DNA of 64,000 nt from Phoronis australis. Lineage: Eukaryota; Animalia; Phoronida. Position numbers and translations under genes: made by a program. Shown in pieces: positions 1 to 12,484 of the stretch (within the stretch, counting starts at the first letter, position 1; every line of letters begins with the position of its first letter). Under the pieces are notes generated by a model. That model was not told the origin of the DNA. It searched no databases and worked only from the letters and a program-made list of their open reading frames with translations. The stretch is from NCBI GenBank assembly GCA_002633005.1, contig NMRA01000005.1, positions 155,941 to 219,940 on the forward strand. Direction: 5' to 3'.

Positions 1-1278
1 CTTGAACTTTTAGACCGCATTTGTTCCCATCTTGATAATGACATGAATCCCCTGGTCATCTTTCTAGATCTCTCTAAAGCTTTCGACACAATAGACCACC
101 AAATACTCTTGCAAAAGATAAATCACTATGGTATTACTGGAGTTGAATATACACTGTTTAAAAGTTATCTCTCAAACCGCACCCAATATGTTTCACTAAG
201 TGATACAACTTCCAGTTCGTTACCAAGATCTACCGGAGTTCCCCAAGGCTCTGTCCTTGGCCCACTTCTCTTCCTAGTTTACATAAATGATCTTTCGTTT
301 TCCTCTCCCATAGACACACTTCTTTATGCTGACGACACTTGCCTCGTCACACCTTACAAACTGACTGAATCTTCCCAACACACTTTACAGCAATCAACCA
401 CCATCAACAACAACCTTAAATCTATTTCAGACGGGTTTTCTGTGAACAAACTTTCAATTAACACATCAAAAAGTAAATTAATGATCTTCCACTACCCCCA
501 AAAGAAAATTGAAAAATGTATTATTCCCACCATTTATAAAAATAGCAAAACAATATGTCATGTGAAGAGTTTTCCTTTCCTTGGTATTACTGTTGACAAA
601 AACCTCTCATGGTCCCCCCACATTAACCTCATCTCAAACAAACTTAACAATCTCGGCGGACTCTTATACAAATTGAAATCTTATCTTCCTCTTCCAGCTC
701 TCAAGTTGATATATAATTCACTTGTCCTTCCACATTTAAACTATGGCATTGCAACTTGGGGTTTTGGCAACCCTAATAAACTTCAGACAGCCCAGAAAAG
801 AATCCTTAGGAAAAAATCAAATTCCAGTTATAATGCTCACTCTCTGCCCATATGTAAGGAACTTCGCCTCCCTCTAGTTCAAGACATCTTTAAAATCTCA
901 ACTGCAAAATTTTACTACAAGTTCCTCAATAATCGGCTTCCTAAGTATTTTTACACTAACAACTTATTTAGTAAACCCATCCAATATAAGCCAACCAGAC
1001 ACATTAAAACTCCTCCATACCTGAATCAATACTCAGCTGCTATACCGACAATACAACCCAAAATTTTAATTCCTCCGTCCAGCAAATTGTCATCAAGAGC
1101 CTGTATTAGATTTCAGATTCCTCGACTTATAAACAACAACGAAATACCAGTCTCTGCTCTAAATATAATAAAAACGCATTCTTTGCAAGCATTCTCCAGG
1201 TTCTTAAACAACTTTATTATTAGCAACTATGATGCAGTTTGTCATATTTCCAATTGCTTCATATGTAACAGTATCTAA
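1..1278 (+). CDS. Reverse transcriptase ORF2 of a CR1/L2-group (Crack/Daphne-like) LINE, 5'-partial at window edge
   Basis: Frame open from base 1. RT motifs DLSKAFD, GVPQGSVLGPLLFLVYINDL, YADD, FLG; C-terminal CxxxNCxxC (CHISNCFIC). Confidence 0.92.
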   Translation, partial: LELLDRICSHLDNDMNPLVIFLDLSKAFDTIDHQILLQKINHYGITGVEYTLFKSYLSNRTQYVSLSDTTSSSLPRSTGVPQGSVLGPLLFLVYINDLSFSSPIDTLLYADDTCLVTPYKLTESSQHTLQQSTTINNNLKSISDGFSVNKLSINTSKSKLMIFHYPQKKIEKCIIPTIYKNSKTICHVKSFPFLGITVDKNLSWSPHINLISNKLNNLGGLLYKLKSYLPLPALKLIYNSLVLPHLNYGIATWGFGNPNKLQTAQKRILRKKSNSSYNAHSLPICKELRLPLVQDIFKISTAKFYYKFLNNRLPKYFYTNNLFSKPIQYKPTRHIKTPPYLNQYSAAIPTIQPKILIPPSSKLSSRACIRFQIPRLINNNEIPVSALNIIKTHSLQAFSRFLNNFIISNYDAVCHISNCFICNSI

Positions 1279-1535
1279 TTGTATTCTCAAAATCTCCTGA
1301 GCTGTGCCAGTTTACTTCTTGGTTCCTGGCGTGTCGGTCGTTTTCAGCACTAATTCACTGTTTTCTTAAGTATTCCTACTGGTTTTTGCATATGCATTTG
1401 TTTATTTTGTACAGGGTACCTTCTTATTAGCGGTCAATAACCTTTAGAAGGCCTCCTAATTGAAATCAAATTTTAATCAATGTATTATTATAATGTAATG
1501 TAAATAAAAGCGTTTTCTCTCTCTCTCTCTCTCTC
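1..1535 (+). mobile_element. Non-LTR retrotransposon 3' portion with 3' UTR and (CT)n tail
   Basis: RT ORF, then ~250 bp UTR, AATAAA at ~1503 and a (CT)n tail at ~1515-1535. Confidence 0.85.
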
Positions 1536-2059
1536 GCGCGCTACCCGGGCGTCCGGCAAGTGAACTTCTACTCGCCCACCATTGGCGACTGGGCAAGTGA
1601 CTAAGTATATCCCTGCGAGTGTCTTAACAGCGTTCGCGCCGTTGACTCATGCCGTATTCATACACAGCTTGTCGTAACTTTCTGATATATTTCTCACGTA
1701 TCTTCTATAATTGATCACAGTTTGAGTTTCTTAGTTCGACTAAGAATGTTTAAACAGTTTATAATTTTTAAAGTTAAGATTTGTTTCTTTTTGTCACCTT
1801 TACTCACTTTAAGCACGTCGAGATTTCAACAGACTTGGCTATTTTTGAGACATCTTGAATTTGAGAGGGATTGTGTTAAACATTACTGTATTTTTGAATG
1901 GCTGCGCTGTTGGGTTATAAGTTGTGCTTGCAAGTAAGGTGTGTTATGTGAGCAGCAGATTACTCGTGTCATTGCAAATGCTATGAAGCTTTGTATCAGA
2001 AAATGTTGTAACTTGATTATGGACCATGACCAAACAACCAAGAGACTATATATCTTTGC

Positions 2060-2358
2060 TAAAGGGATACTAAACCCTGTTTTGGTAATTTTTTCCAACC
2101 ACCATTCTGTCACTTGCTAATGAATCATCTAAAAACTAACACCCCTATCTCACAAATTAGACATTATGGTCCTTGATTGGTGGTCTTTTCCCACAGTTGC
2201 GTGTAATTCGTTAGAAGCGTATATAGATCACCCTTTGACCGTTTAGCAGAGCGTGAAGTTTTTTAAAAATTTTCTCTAAAGTTTTGAGGGTTGTCGAAGG
2301 TTACAGAGCATTATTTTGTTGCAGAGAACTGAATGGGAAAGTCGCTTTTAGTACCTTT
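2060..2358. mobile_element. Possible short Kolobok-type non-autonomous element
   Basis: Imperfect inverted ends TAAAGGGATACTAAA (~2059) and TTTAGTACCTTTAA (~2347-2360). Confidence 0.3.
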
Positions 2359-3292
2359 TAATATCGGCCAAAACCGGATTCGGAATCCTTCTAAGTAAGG
2401 TTTAATGTTTTACGTCTTTGTTCCCAGTCTAGCTGTGAAACATTGTTTTGAAAAGTTCAATCCATGACTGGTTTTCTGACATTGGGGCCTATTGGTCTAC
2501 AAGTCTGGTTATCATGAATGTAACTAATTTAAGAATGTTGAAACACTGTGTATGCTTGTTTATAATCACGTGATCACCAAAATTGAGAATTGATTTTTTT
2601 TTGCTTTGAACATGAACGAACTTCTGAAAAACGTAAACTGCAGTCGACTTTTGTCTTCAAAATATTTATATTTACTGTAGGTTCACAGGAGACTCTGTCT
2701 CAGATTTTTTAATTTCAGTATAACAGACATCAGCCGATAAAGTACCATTGAAAATCATCGCCAGTTTACATTTTGGATTGTGTTAACCCCGGTGTTCTGA
2801 GAAAAATAAAAATCTTAGACACCGTACTATTTTACCAATGGGGCATAACATAAGAACACATTTTCAAGCTAATTGATACACTCCTACTATTTATAAATAC
2901 ATGTTCAAAACTGTCAAAAGTGTCAAAAATCTAAAGGTCTGAAAATATCTGATAAAGACTTCTCTTGCACTTAAAATCCATTGAAGTCTTCACATGCAAC
3001 TCTCACATGTGAACCTAGATAATGCATTTATGAAACGTTGAGTAGCAAAGGAAAATATAGACAACACCGTATGTTAATAATGGTTTTTTGGAGAAAATGT
3101 TAACAGAAGTTGCCAGTTACGATCATAGCCACGGGATCAAGGCTGACACGTATGAAACAAGTTATCTGACACTCAAGTTTTTGGTGAATCAACCGAAAGT
3201 TATTGCGAAGACCCACTGAATTGCTTTCATCTCGCACAAGCAGTAACAATTGTGCACAAGCAGGTTACACCTAAATACCAACAATCAATGCT

Positions 3293-4250
3293 CAGCTATA
3301 TCTGTGTAGCCTGTATGTCCCAATGAGTCCGTAAATTCTTTTAAATTGTCCAAACACAACTGAGCAACTCTCCGCACTTGTCTCCCAAGATGTCCACGTT
3401 GCCAAAAGATAAAGTTTCCGTATGCCTGATGTCGGTTAGGCGCATTCTAAAGGGCCTCTGGCCTCAGTGCCATCACATCATTTCGTTGCAGTTTGTCTGA
3501 GGCAAGTACACCTTCATCCAGGAAAAACACTCTGAAATCCTGAAAACATTGGTAAAATGTATTATCATGCTGTTTCAGCATTATTGCAGATTTGATAAGA
3601 AACTGAATAGTAACATTTGTCTCTTACAAAGGAATTATGAGCAACAACCGGTTGATGAGGGTATTGGACAGTCAAAATGTATAGAATTACTTTCATTATT
3701 GCAGACTATGAACTCGCCAATACTTTTGTAAACTGACATTTGATTGGTTTTGGATGGAATTTGCAACAGAGATTTGATTCGAGTTATTCCGCAAAGAATG
3801 CATTTTTCTTCAAAAAGTGATTTGAATTATATGGCTGTACATCTGTTTAAATCATTTGGAGACTCCAAACTAGTCCAAAGTAGTTATAGGAGTCTTTGCG
3901 GTACTGGTAATAGGAATATGACCCACATTAAAACGAAAAAACAGGCCTTCAAAAAACTACTACACAATTTTGTAAAATGTTTCCTACTGACAACGGTTTA
4001 GTGAATACTTACAGGTAATAATGAGATGTGGTTACCGGCTTGCTACCCACAGCAGTGTCTTTTTCAGTTGGCATTTCTTGACACCTGTGACAAGGGCACC
4101 ATGATAGAACTTCTGATGGTGCAGGGTAATGATCCAATCAAGTGAGTTCTGGTAGCCTAAACACTAGACTAGGTTCTCGCATGGTGACATCCAACAGCAG
4201 GTATCTCAATTCCTGCTCTCATTCATGCAATTGATTCGACCCTAAGGTGA
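3293..4250 (-). pseudogene. Degenerate spliced KolX / P2X7-ballast-like (Cys-rich) gene, Kolobok accessory protein
   Basis: Exon ~4250-4013 reads SWCPCHRCQEMPTEK/RHCCG*...ISLLP with a GTAAGT donor. A TTTTCAG acceptor at 3546-3540 opens an exon reading DFRVFFLDEGVL...NRHQAYGNFIFWQRGHLGRQVRRVA/SCVWTI...TGY. Stops and frameshifts present. Confidence 0.75.
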
Positions 4251-5074
4251 TAGTAATTCAATGACTACTTTCACACTAATGAGAACAAAACATTTTAAAT
4301 ACTAAAGTTTTATTTGTAATAATTGTAGGATTTATTTGCCAACATGTGCAAAGACAAACACTGTATGACTATCATATTTTTCATTCAAATTCATCCAAGG
4401 GTTAGTTTCATACCTGGCATGATCCTCTTTCTGTCATCAAGAAGATTTTTGACTTGCATGACCCGGTTCACCTCTTGAGCTCTACTTCTTCCACTCCTCC
4501 ATGATGGCGTGGATCCATCTTGCCTTCCGCAACGGCTTGTTAGCCAAACTGGTTGATCTGGTGTGCTTGGAGATGAATGCTGATAGGCATAAATTATTCA
4601 TTGTTAATCCTTAGGAAAGCCACTAGATAATTATGAGTTATACAAAGTTAGGTCAAATAGAGTTGATAAGCCAAAATGTCTAGATTAAAGCCAGAGTTCT
4701 ATAAGTTTTAACTAAAAACCTCAGACGGAGCCTGAATCAGTACACCTCAATGGAGGTTTTCCTCTGTAAGTTTCTATCAAGGCACAGTAAGTCAATGATG
4801 TCATTACAATTTTCTTCAAACAAAATTTCTGTAGAATAGAATAGAATGTGAATAGAACTAATGCTAAATAAGGGAAAATCGTGTACTCATTATACAGAAC
4901 ACCTGCATTTAAAATTATACATAACAATAACGTACTATTTGAAAACGTCTTGCACCACCAGATGACTCACAGCTGCGGATCAAAGAGATTTCATGGCCAT
5001 AACCTGCATAAAATCCCATGCAGTCAAAACATCAATCATTAAACTCATTGTAAAAATCCCTTAATTACACACTC

Positions 5075-5136
5075 ACTCTCTCTCTCACACACACACACAC
5101 AGACACAGACACACACACGCGCGCGCGCGCACACAC
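5075..5136. repeat. Compound (CT)n(CA)n(CG)n microsatellite
   Basis: Directly visible. Confidence 0.9.
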
Positions 5137-7774
5137 CTCACAGTAACACTCAGTTAAAACCAGAAATGTCCAATACCTGAAGAACAGGGGACTTAACCGT
5201 GTGAACGGTGAGGAATCTGTTCTCGGGAATGGGGTTTGGTTGGCGTTTTGAGTGACATGGGTATATGGGTGAGGGGATTTGTACAGCGGGTTTTATATTT
5301 GCTGGTCTAGGATTGGGGTTTGGAGAATCGGATGCACCCATGGCATCGTTTCCACAGCATGCCCTAGGCCAAGTACTCTTTTAACAAATCTAGGATATTG
5401 AACATCATGTCACGCAGGAAACTTATTTCTCGTAAGCAATCGATATCGTCGTTTGTAAGAAATCGTGCCTGCGTGTTGTATATAATCTCCATGAAGAGGA
5501 AAAGTTAACAATCAAACTCTAGGAAGTCATGAATCACTAACTCGGTCTCAGGTTTGAAATTGAACTCACAATTTCACAAAGCTATACGGATACGTCGACT
5601 TCGAATGACTCGGGATAGTGACTGAAATAGTTGAAAAAACTGAGATTCAGAACTTTGAATAAATCTAGATGTTTACGAATAAGAATCAAGCACTGTGGTT
5701 TCCAAATTTTTGTTCTGATTCCTTATGTTTAGCTGACAACAAATCCCAAAACACCTAAATCACCTCTATGGCTCGTGCTCGACATGTTTTTCTTCCGTCA
5801 GCTGGTTCATGTGCATTATTAGTAATCACTCCACCAATTATTATGTTCCGAAGATGGACAAAATTGGACATTGTTATAGGATCCCATAACCGTAATGCTT
5901 GATGATTATTACATATTAAGCTTCATGAACATTACCTCTGACAATTATGTCTTACAGTGCTCGATTTGGCAAACTGCAGGTTGACAATGCTAACTAAGAT
6001 TGTGTTTGGTGATCACCATTGCGAGTATGAAAGTCAGACAATAATCCCCCCGAAATTCATTTCCAAATTTGGTGTTGACTTCCAAAGTTTACGTTACAAA
6101 CAGTTTTCTTAGATTTAACATCTTTTGTTAACAATTAATCCGTTTATTTCGTGAAATCAGTGCATCTGCCACCACAGCAGTCAGCACTAGTCAAACACGC
6201 ATTAAAATTACATCAGGAAGTAAAGAGAAGGAAGTTGGAATAGTTCGGCAAAAATCGGACAAGATCGGTGAAACAAGCGTCTACTGTGTACGTGATCGCA
6301 TGCATCCTGGGTATGCGGCGTGAATACACAAGAACGGAGTGCGGCATAACCTTTTTAGTCAACGATCCTGATGACGGACGTCAGTTTTGGGCGACGTCAG
6401 ATTTCGTTTGGGGACCTTTGATTTTCAGAAAGTAGCCAAATGCGACATAACAAACAAACAAACAAGCAAACAAACAAAATTTAGAGAACATATCAAACAA
6501 ACAAATTAAAACACTAGCTATATTTCGTTATGTCTCTCGGTGTTTTACTATATGACTGCACACCTGAAGAAAGGGGATTGTTTCGACACTACGAGCGAAT
6601 CAGCATCAAGCTTTCAAACAAAAAGTTTAGTCATGTTTTCAACGAAGTTCATATCTTCTTTGTAAAAGAGTGTGCAGGAAACCAAGCACTCCAATAATAG
6701 AATCATGATTTTCGAGCACATATGTCACTGCTGCATACCTGGATTGGGTGTATGGCATTATCCCGCTCCCGTTTCGCAGAAGAAACGCCCACTTTTTATA
6801 GATTTCAAAAAATTAATAATAAAATAATGTGAGTACGTAAATGGGTGTAATTTAAGAAAAGTTTTAATTTTAGTGATGTTTTTCGACTGGCTAAACTAAT
6901 TTTTTGTTCTAGATAGGTGAAAGCAAGGAAACAGTGTCTTTAAAAAGGAGCTACTCAAATAGTCAGCAGTTCACAAGTTCTATAAATTAAAATTGAAGTT
7001 TTTACCTACAAAATGACACCATTTTGACCCATGAATCGTCCACATTAGATACTCTGAATGTTTTGATTGTGGCTTGTTTTACGCTTACAAAAGAATCCCT
7101 TCGTTCCAGAAATTTCCTTGAACAGAAGCTTCTAATATCTATAATTAGATGTCACAAATGTGCATGGACTGTGACCTCATAGAAATTGTGATTCTGTTTG
7201 ATAATTTCTTCACCTAAGAAAATCCGACCATGAACTTCAGTAGTTTCACGAACGTGTCAGAGAATAAAAAGTGACAATTAATCAGTAAATAACCATTCAT
7301 AAAGCACAAACCATTTTATTCCGTTACTTTGCTTTGTCTTACTGAAAATATTGTGACTGTGGAACAAACTAAGAAGTTACGGCGATAACATGTTTTAATA
7401 GGGAGACTACGCCCACATATTTATATGTGGATGAATATTGCCGTCACCTTTGTCCAAAATCTGTCTTAAATTCCTTGCAGGATCTTAATGAGATTTAGCA
7501 TATGTGTTTCTACGAAGCTCACGACAGACGGCGACCAATTTTGGACATCTCTGACTACCGCTTTGTTCCATTTACGTTTGTCTGTAGCTTTCGAGTTCCT
7601 TGACGGATTTTCATGAAATTTGGCAACTAAGTCTTTCAATTTTCGAACGGACTTGACGTATTTTGCGCCAACTGGTGGTCCTTCCTGATGAGAAGACCGC
7701 GACTGACGTAGATTTTCGGACGGGTTTTACTGCTCTGACACGCCCCGGCTATTGGCATTTTTTTGCGTCATTAA

Positions 7775-9401
7775 AGGAGAATGCCACCCAAAAACAACCT
7801 AATTTGTTTCAATTTTGATCGAGTAGTTCTACTCCATAACGACATGTATGGTTGCGCTACCTGACACCTGACGGCAGACGGAGGTGTTGAAATTATCCAA
7901 TGACGTCATCGGTTTCACACGCAGTCTGTTCAGCAGTTCACAGCACGGGTTAATGATGTCAGGTTATCGCTTGAAGTCATAGTTTAACACCAATAAATCA
8001 CCAAACTTTGATGTACCCTTAAAAATACACCGAGTTTTTGTAAAAACGTGTTGTTTTATTTCGCTCTTACGGATTTATTGGTATTTGGACACACCGTAGC
8101 CAATAAGGTCCGTAGCAGGAGTTTGGGGTCTGTTCGGAGATAATTTCGAAGTATTTTCCGTGAGATACAGACAGGAGAGCCTAGATCTGTGTTGTTTAGA
8201 CTTGCGATTTTTTGAGTTCTAAACGCAAAGCGCTTGTTAGCTTGGCCAGTGGCTCGGAGCCTGATCATGCCGTCGCGGCCGGCCGGATTGACTTGGCGTT
8301 ATACGGCCAGTGTCTCGGAAACTGATCAGACATCACGAACATAAACCAGCCAAAGGTCAGTGGAAACTAAACTTCCAGCCAAGAAAATACTATACTAGTG
8401 AGCCAAAGGAATGTGCACCTGATTATGTTGGTGAATTAGCCACGAAACTGCAAATCTATTTACTCGTCGGGGGCCGCGAATTCAGTTCCGCAGTTGGCCA
8501 CAGCACTGTCAGGGCAGAAATTGTACATTGGCAATCATTATTTGAGTAATGTAAATGTAAATAAAGATTCCCCTAACACCTGGCCGTGGGATGGAAATCG
8601 AATTGTTTCACAACCAACAGTTTCTGCTAGCAAACACAAAATTAGCATGAGCTCACACGGCCTAGGTGTCCCGAAAATTAGTTTTATTGCACCTAAAGCC
8701 GGGTAACGCAGTGATTTATTCATTGTTGGCTTTTCAAATCCTTTGCACTCACGAACACTCCAAAGGCATTACAAATTGCATCTAATGAGACAGACGTTGT
8801 TTCAGTTTTTTATAAGTATTGGTTAGGGTGAGAATAATACATTTTGAAACAGAACGCTCAGTAATAAACGCCAACATGGCAACTCGCAATCCCGACTTAG
8901 GACGAGCTAGAGCTCTGAGTCCCGACTTCGCAGGTGGATCGTTAAGTTTCACAGGCTATCAATTCAAACAGGAATACAGTGATGAAGAAATACTAGAGAG
9001 GCGCCGTGAACAAGCTCAGACAACGGAACGTATGGAGTTATTTGGTAAGTCGGCATTCGTCAGGCACTGCGACGTCTGCAGGCCACAGACACGGAGATGT
9101 TTCACGGCCTCATACTTGCTATTTACAGCGTACATTTCATTCTTCACTACCATGAGCCACTTCCTAAGCATTTCGGACTTTCCTCGAGGCTGCTTAGTTC
9201 GGACAAGCGGGAACTATGCACCGCAACATAGCGGCATTCACTCTGCATATGAACCACTGACGTCGCTAGCGTCGTTTCTCACCTTCCTCACAGGTTAACG
9301 CGACACCTCTTGGCAAGGTAAGGTCGACCGTATGCGAGGCGATGTGGATATAGACCGATTAAGACAGCAAAAAGACTAATTAAATCGGGTGGCATTCTCC
9401 T
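7775..9401. mobile_element. Non-autonomous Kolobok DNA transposon
   Basis: Perfect 15-bp TIRs AGGAGAATGCCACCC / GGGTGGCATTCTCCT, with TTAA TSD at 7771-7774 and 9402-9405. Confidence 0.9.
8876..9044 (+). pseudogene. Probable first exon of a KolX-like gene inside the Kolobok element
   Basis: MATRNPD...GYQFKQEYSDEEILERR resembles the (P/G)YxFEP acidic N-terminus of KolX/P2X7-like proteins. Followed by a GGTAAGT donor; no downstream exons retained. Confidence 0.45.
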
Positions 9402-9779
9402 TTAACTCTTCGGAGGTTCTTTTTGAAATTTGACTGTTGTATGAAGATAGCAACAGACAATGAATTCGATTTCCCATTTAGCGAACTTTCGTAGGCTTTG
9501 AGGCCCATGAACTCGACTCACTTGCAAGAGAAATGCTGCAGACATATGTGGACCACAACCAACTGAACCAAGGGGTGGTCAATATTCACAAAGTAGACAT
9601 TTAATAATCACTTACAAAGGCCACAGTAAACCTGGGTCACTCGTATTCACTATTGTCATGCTGAAATGAGCACAGTCTAAACACAGTGCATAAGCCTACG
9701 TGTCGTAGCACTCGATCTGGGCCGGGGCAGTGTGCCTGGCATCACTCGCCCTAGAATGAAAGCAGTTTGTTCGTTATTT

Positions 9780-10034
9780 ATAAAATTTGAAAATGCACTT
9801 ACAAGGTGGCGAGTCCTTCGTTGCAACGCCGCTTCTCTCTCTCTGTGTGTGTGTGTGTGAGTGTGTGTGTGGTTGAAACACGATTCTCTGAATTGTGCCG
9901 AACAAAGTGTGCCTTCCGACTGAATCGCACATTCCACACTCTCGTGCGGCGGACAAACCGATGCCATTTCTGTGAAAAGAGACGTTCTCAGTCAAGTTGT
10001 TGTTACCACAGCCTCCACAAACGAGCCTTTTCAT
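9780..10034 (-). pseudogene. Degenerate THAP-domain transposase N-terminus (Kolobok-like)
   Basis: Across frames: MKRLVCGGCGNNNLTENVSFH / KWHRFVRRTR / TLCSAQFRESCF, interrupted by a (CA)n tract. Kolobok-like end GGGAACTCT-TTAA at ~10258-10270. Confidence 0.6.
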
Positions 10035-10381
10035 GTCTGAAAAAGGCGGCTCTTCGCGGACTTTTCTCACAACTCCTCAGAATCCCTCTGATAAAAACAA
10101 CAACGACTGAGATGGTCTTCCACCCATTGCTTACAAACCCGATAACAGAAATCATTTAAAAAAAATTCGGCTTGTTTCTTGGCAACAGATGTACGAAAGG
10201 CTATTAAATCTCTTAAGATGTATTAATACAATTCCTTTTGAGACACAAGGTCATGGTGGGAACTCTTTAACAACTATTCAACTCTTGCATACCATTTAAA
10301 TGCTTACTAAATAGACACAAATACAAAACTTTCTTCGTGCCAGTTCCAACTCATTAGTAGACAATCAGAGTAATTAACTGT

Positions 10382-10512
10382 CGGAATTCAGGTTTCGGAA
10401 TTGTGAACATTCGAAGTAAGGAACTTTCGAAGGTAACGAACCTTCGGAGTAGTGAACCTTCAGAGTAGTGAACCTTCGGAGTACTGAACCCTCGGAATAG
10501 TCGCACGTAACC
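10382..10512. repeat. ~18-bp tandem repeat (TTCGGAGTAGTGAACC-like), probable MITE terminal array
   Basis: About 6 degenerate units; related arrays at ~39830-39910, 55590-55700 and 58625-58720. Confidence 0.7.
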
Positions 10513-11081
10513 TTGGAAACATTCTCAATGAAGTTTGTTGCCCGTCTGAAATCTGCGAGGCTGTGCACCATTGACTTTAGTCATTGACCAAAGTTTTATT
10601 AGGTCTAGAGCTACCTTTCCCTAATATTGTGAAAATGCTTGTTGGGGATTTCTCAATGGAAAAAATGCGGTAGTTAAATGTTTGGTTTTTGAGCAACGAC
10701 TGAGGACTGCCAGTATTGAAATTACCGTCGACGTGTACTGAATTTAAAAGAACGGAAACGCAAACACGCGAATACGCATGCAACTCAATCCACCGATCCA
10801 CAATCAAAGTGGACACTACCAGCCGATTTCATAAAGGTGGTTTAACAAAACCAGATTTAAGACTTAAACCTGGTCTTCCTAAACCTTATCTAATTTTAGA
10901 CCTAACTTGCATTTCATCAACATGGTTTGAAAGTTTGAGAGCCTGGTTTTGTTAGACCATGCAGCAGGTTTAGTAAAACTAGGTATAAAGTATTCAAGCC
11001 ACCCTACTGTGTTGATCCGGATTAACTCAACAAAGAAACTATTGAAGTGCTTCAATGAAACCTTGATCACGTGGGTACACA

Positions 11082-11240
11082 ATGGCACACAGCAGTAGGG
11101 CTAAAAACTTTTCTCACGAGAAAAAATGCTCCCCCCCATAACCGATCAGAGAAAAAGGCAATGTGATAGTCGAGAACAAGAAAATTGGTGCCAAATCAAG
11201 TCAACGTAAGCAGCAGGCTTGGAGAGATATTGATCCAGAT
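11082..11240 (+). pseudogene. Myb/SANT-like DNA-binding protein remnant (Harbinger accessory ORF)
   Basis: MAHSSRAKNFSHEK / IREKGNVIVENKK...RKQQAWRDI matches the RxxNFS...IIExK...KxxAWxxI pattern; frameshifted. Confidence 0.6.
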
Positions 11241-12078
11241 TAAAGGCGAGAAAGAAAATTTCATCAGTGAAAAAATTGCAAAGAAAAACAGCGAGGGACC
11301 TAGTGGCAGATCTAGGATATCATGAGACATTTTTTCATTTTGTATCGTATGTGTCCAACACAATTATACACATTAAAGTACTTGTTCACGATTAAATGCA
11401 GTATAGTAAATGGACACGTTTTTTGCGTGTCATTTTACTTTTTTGCGGCCAAAGGGGGGCACAGGGGCAGATCCAGGATTTTGAGTTATTGGGGCTAGGG
11501 CAGAATATTAGCCAGGATCTTACCCGTCAGGCATTCGCACCCCCGAACTGCCAAATGGATTCTGGGAGAATTTTAGGATTGCCATGGCCCCCTTGGTCCA
11601 CCTCTAAATCCACCTCTGGAGCAGGACCTCTGCCCAGCAACCTTATATCGGGGGCTAACTGAGATGGAACTGGGCCAGAATAATCATTAGATGCCTTTTT
11701 AGTCATACGCGTAGCGCTTGCGACGATGACGCTCTGCTCGAACCGTCATGTTCTGAGAAAATACGAATGACATCCTTCAGTATGTACTGGTCTACGTATA
11801 GGCGGATCCAGGGGATCAAGGGGTCTGCACCCCTTTTTCCCTTGATTTTAGTGATGTCAAATCTATAATTTTCAAATTGTTGACCCAGGCTCTCCTTTTA
11901 AAATCCTTGATCCGACCCCCCCTTTAAAAGTTCTTGGTTCCCCCTGTTACGTTTAATCTTGTGGCGCCCTAAAACTAAACATTGAAATTAGTCCGTTCTC
12001 GCTCTAAATCTGCGTCGTAAATGCCCACCACAGCATCATTCAGCTGTACCTATATGGTACAAGTCTGCCATATTTAAT

Positions 12079-12369
12079 CAGTGGCGGATTTGGGGAGTCA
12101 TGGCCCCCCTAAAATTCTCCCAGATACCATTTGGCAGTCCGGGATGCGAAATGCTGACCAGCATATGCGCGCACTCGGGGGGCGAATTCACAATGCATAG
12201 GCCTTGAACAAAACAAACCCGTTCACCTTTTTCAGTTACAAAGTCCACAAACCCAAAAATTCCAGACCCCTGCATCCCTACATTTTAGGCTGGAGGCGCG
12301 CATGTGGCGAAATTCTGGTTATTCTTGTGCCCTGCCACCCCCTAACTCAAAATCCTGGATCCACTCCTG
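12079..12369. mobile_element. hAT-type MITE with 5-bp TSD (hAT5-like)
   Basis: CAGTGGCGGAT...GGATCCACTCCTG termini; TTAAT on both flanks; homologous to 15819-16154. Related copies near 11300-11620, 11798-11946 and 13044. Confidence 0.7.
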
Positions 12370-12484
12370 TTAATATTATTAAACCTGGGTCTGACCAAGT
12401 CTAAAGTTAAATCTGGTTTAAGATCTTGATACAGGTCTTAAGAATATAGACCTCGTTGGTGAAATGAAAACTGACGTAGACCAG

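Larger units (their letters stand above)
7393..9603 (+). mobile_element. Degenerate HINE-like element interrupted by a Kolobok insertion
   Basis: 5' hairpin CCCACATATTTATATGTGG (~7412-7430) and TTCATGAAATTTGGCA blocks resemble the element starting at 62922. Confidence 0.4.

Noticed and set aside
6366-6400. CTGATGA hammerhead core (also at ~7685)
   Set aside because: No paired helix II followed by GAAA.
8819-9298. 159-aa host gene
   Set aside because: Lies inside a Kolobok element; only the part before the 9044 splice donor looks coding.
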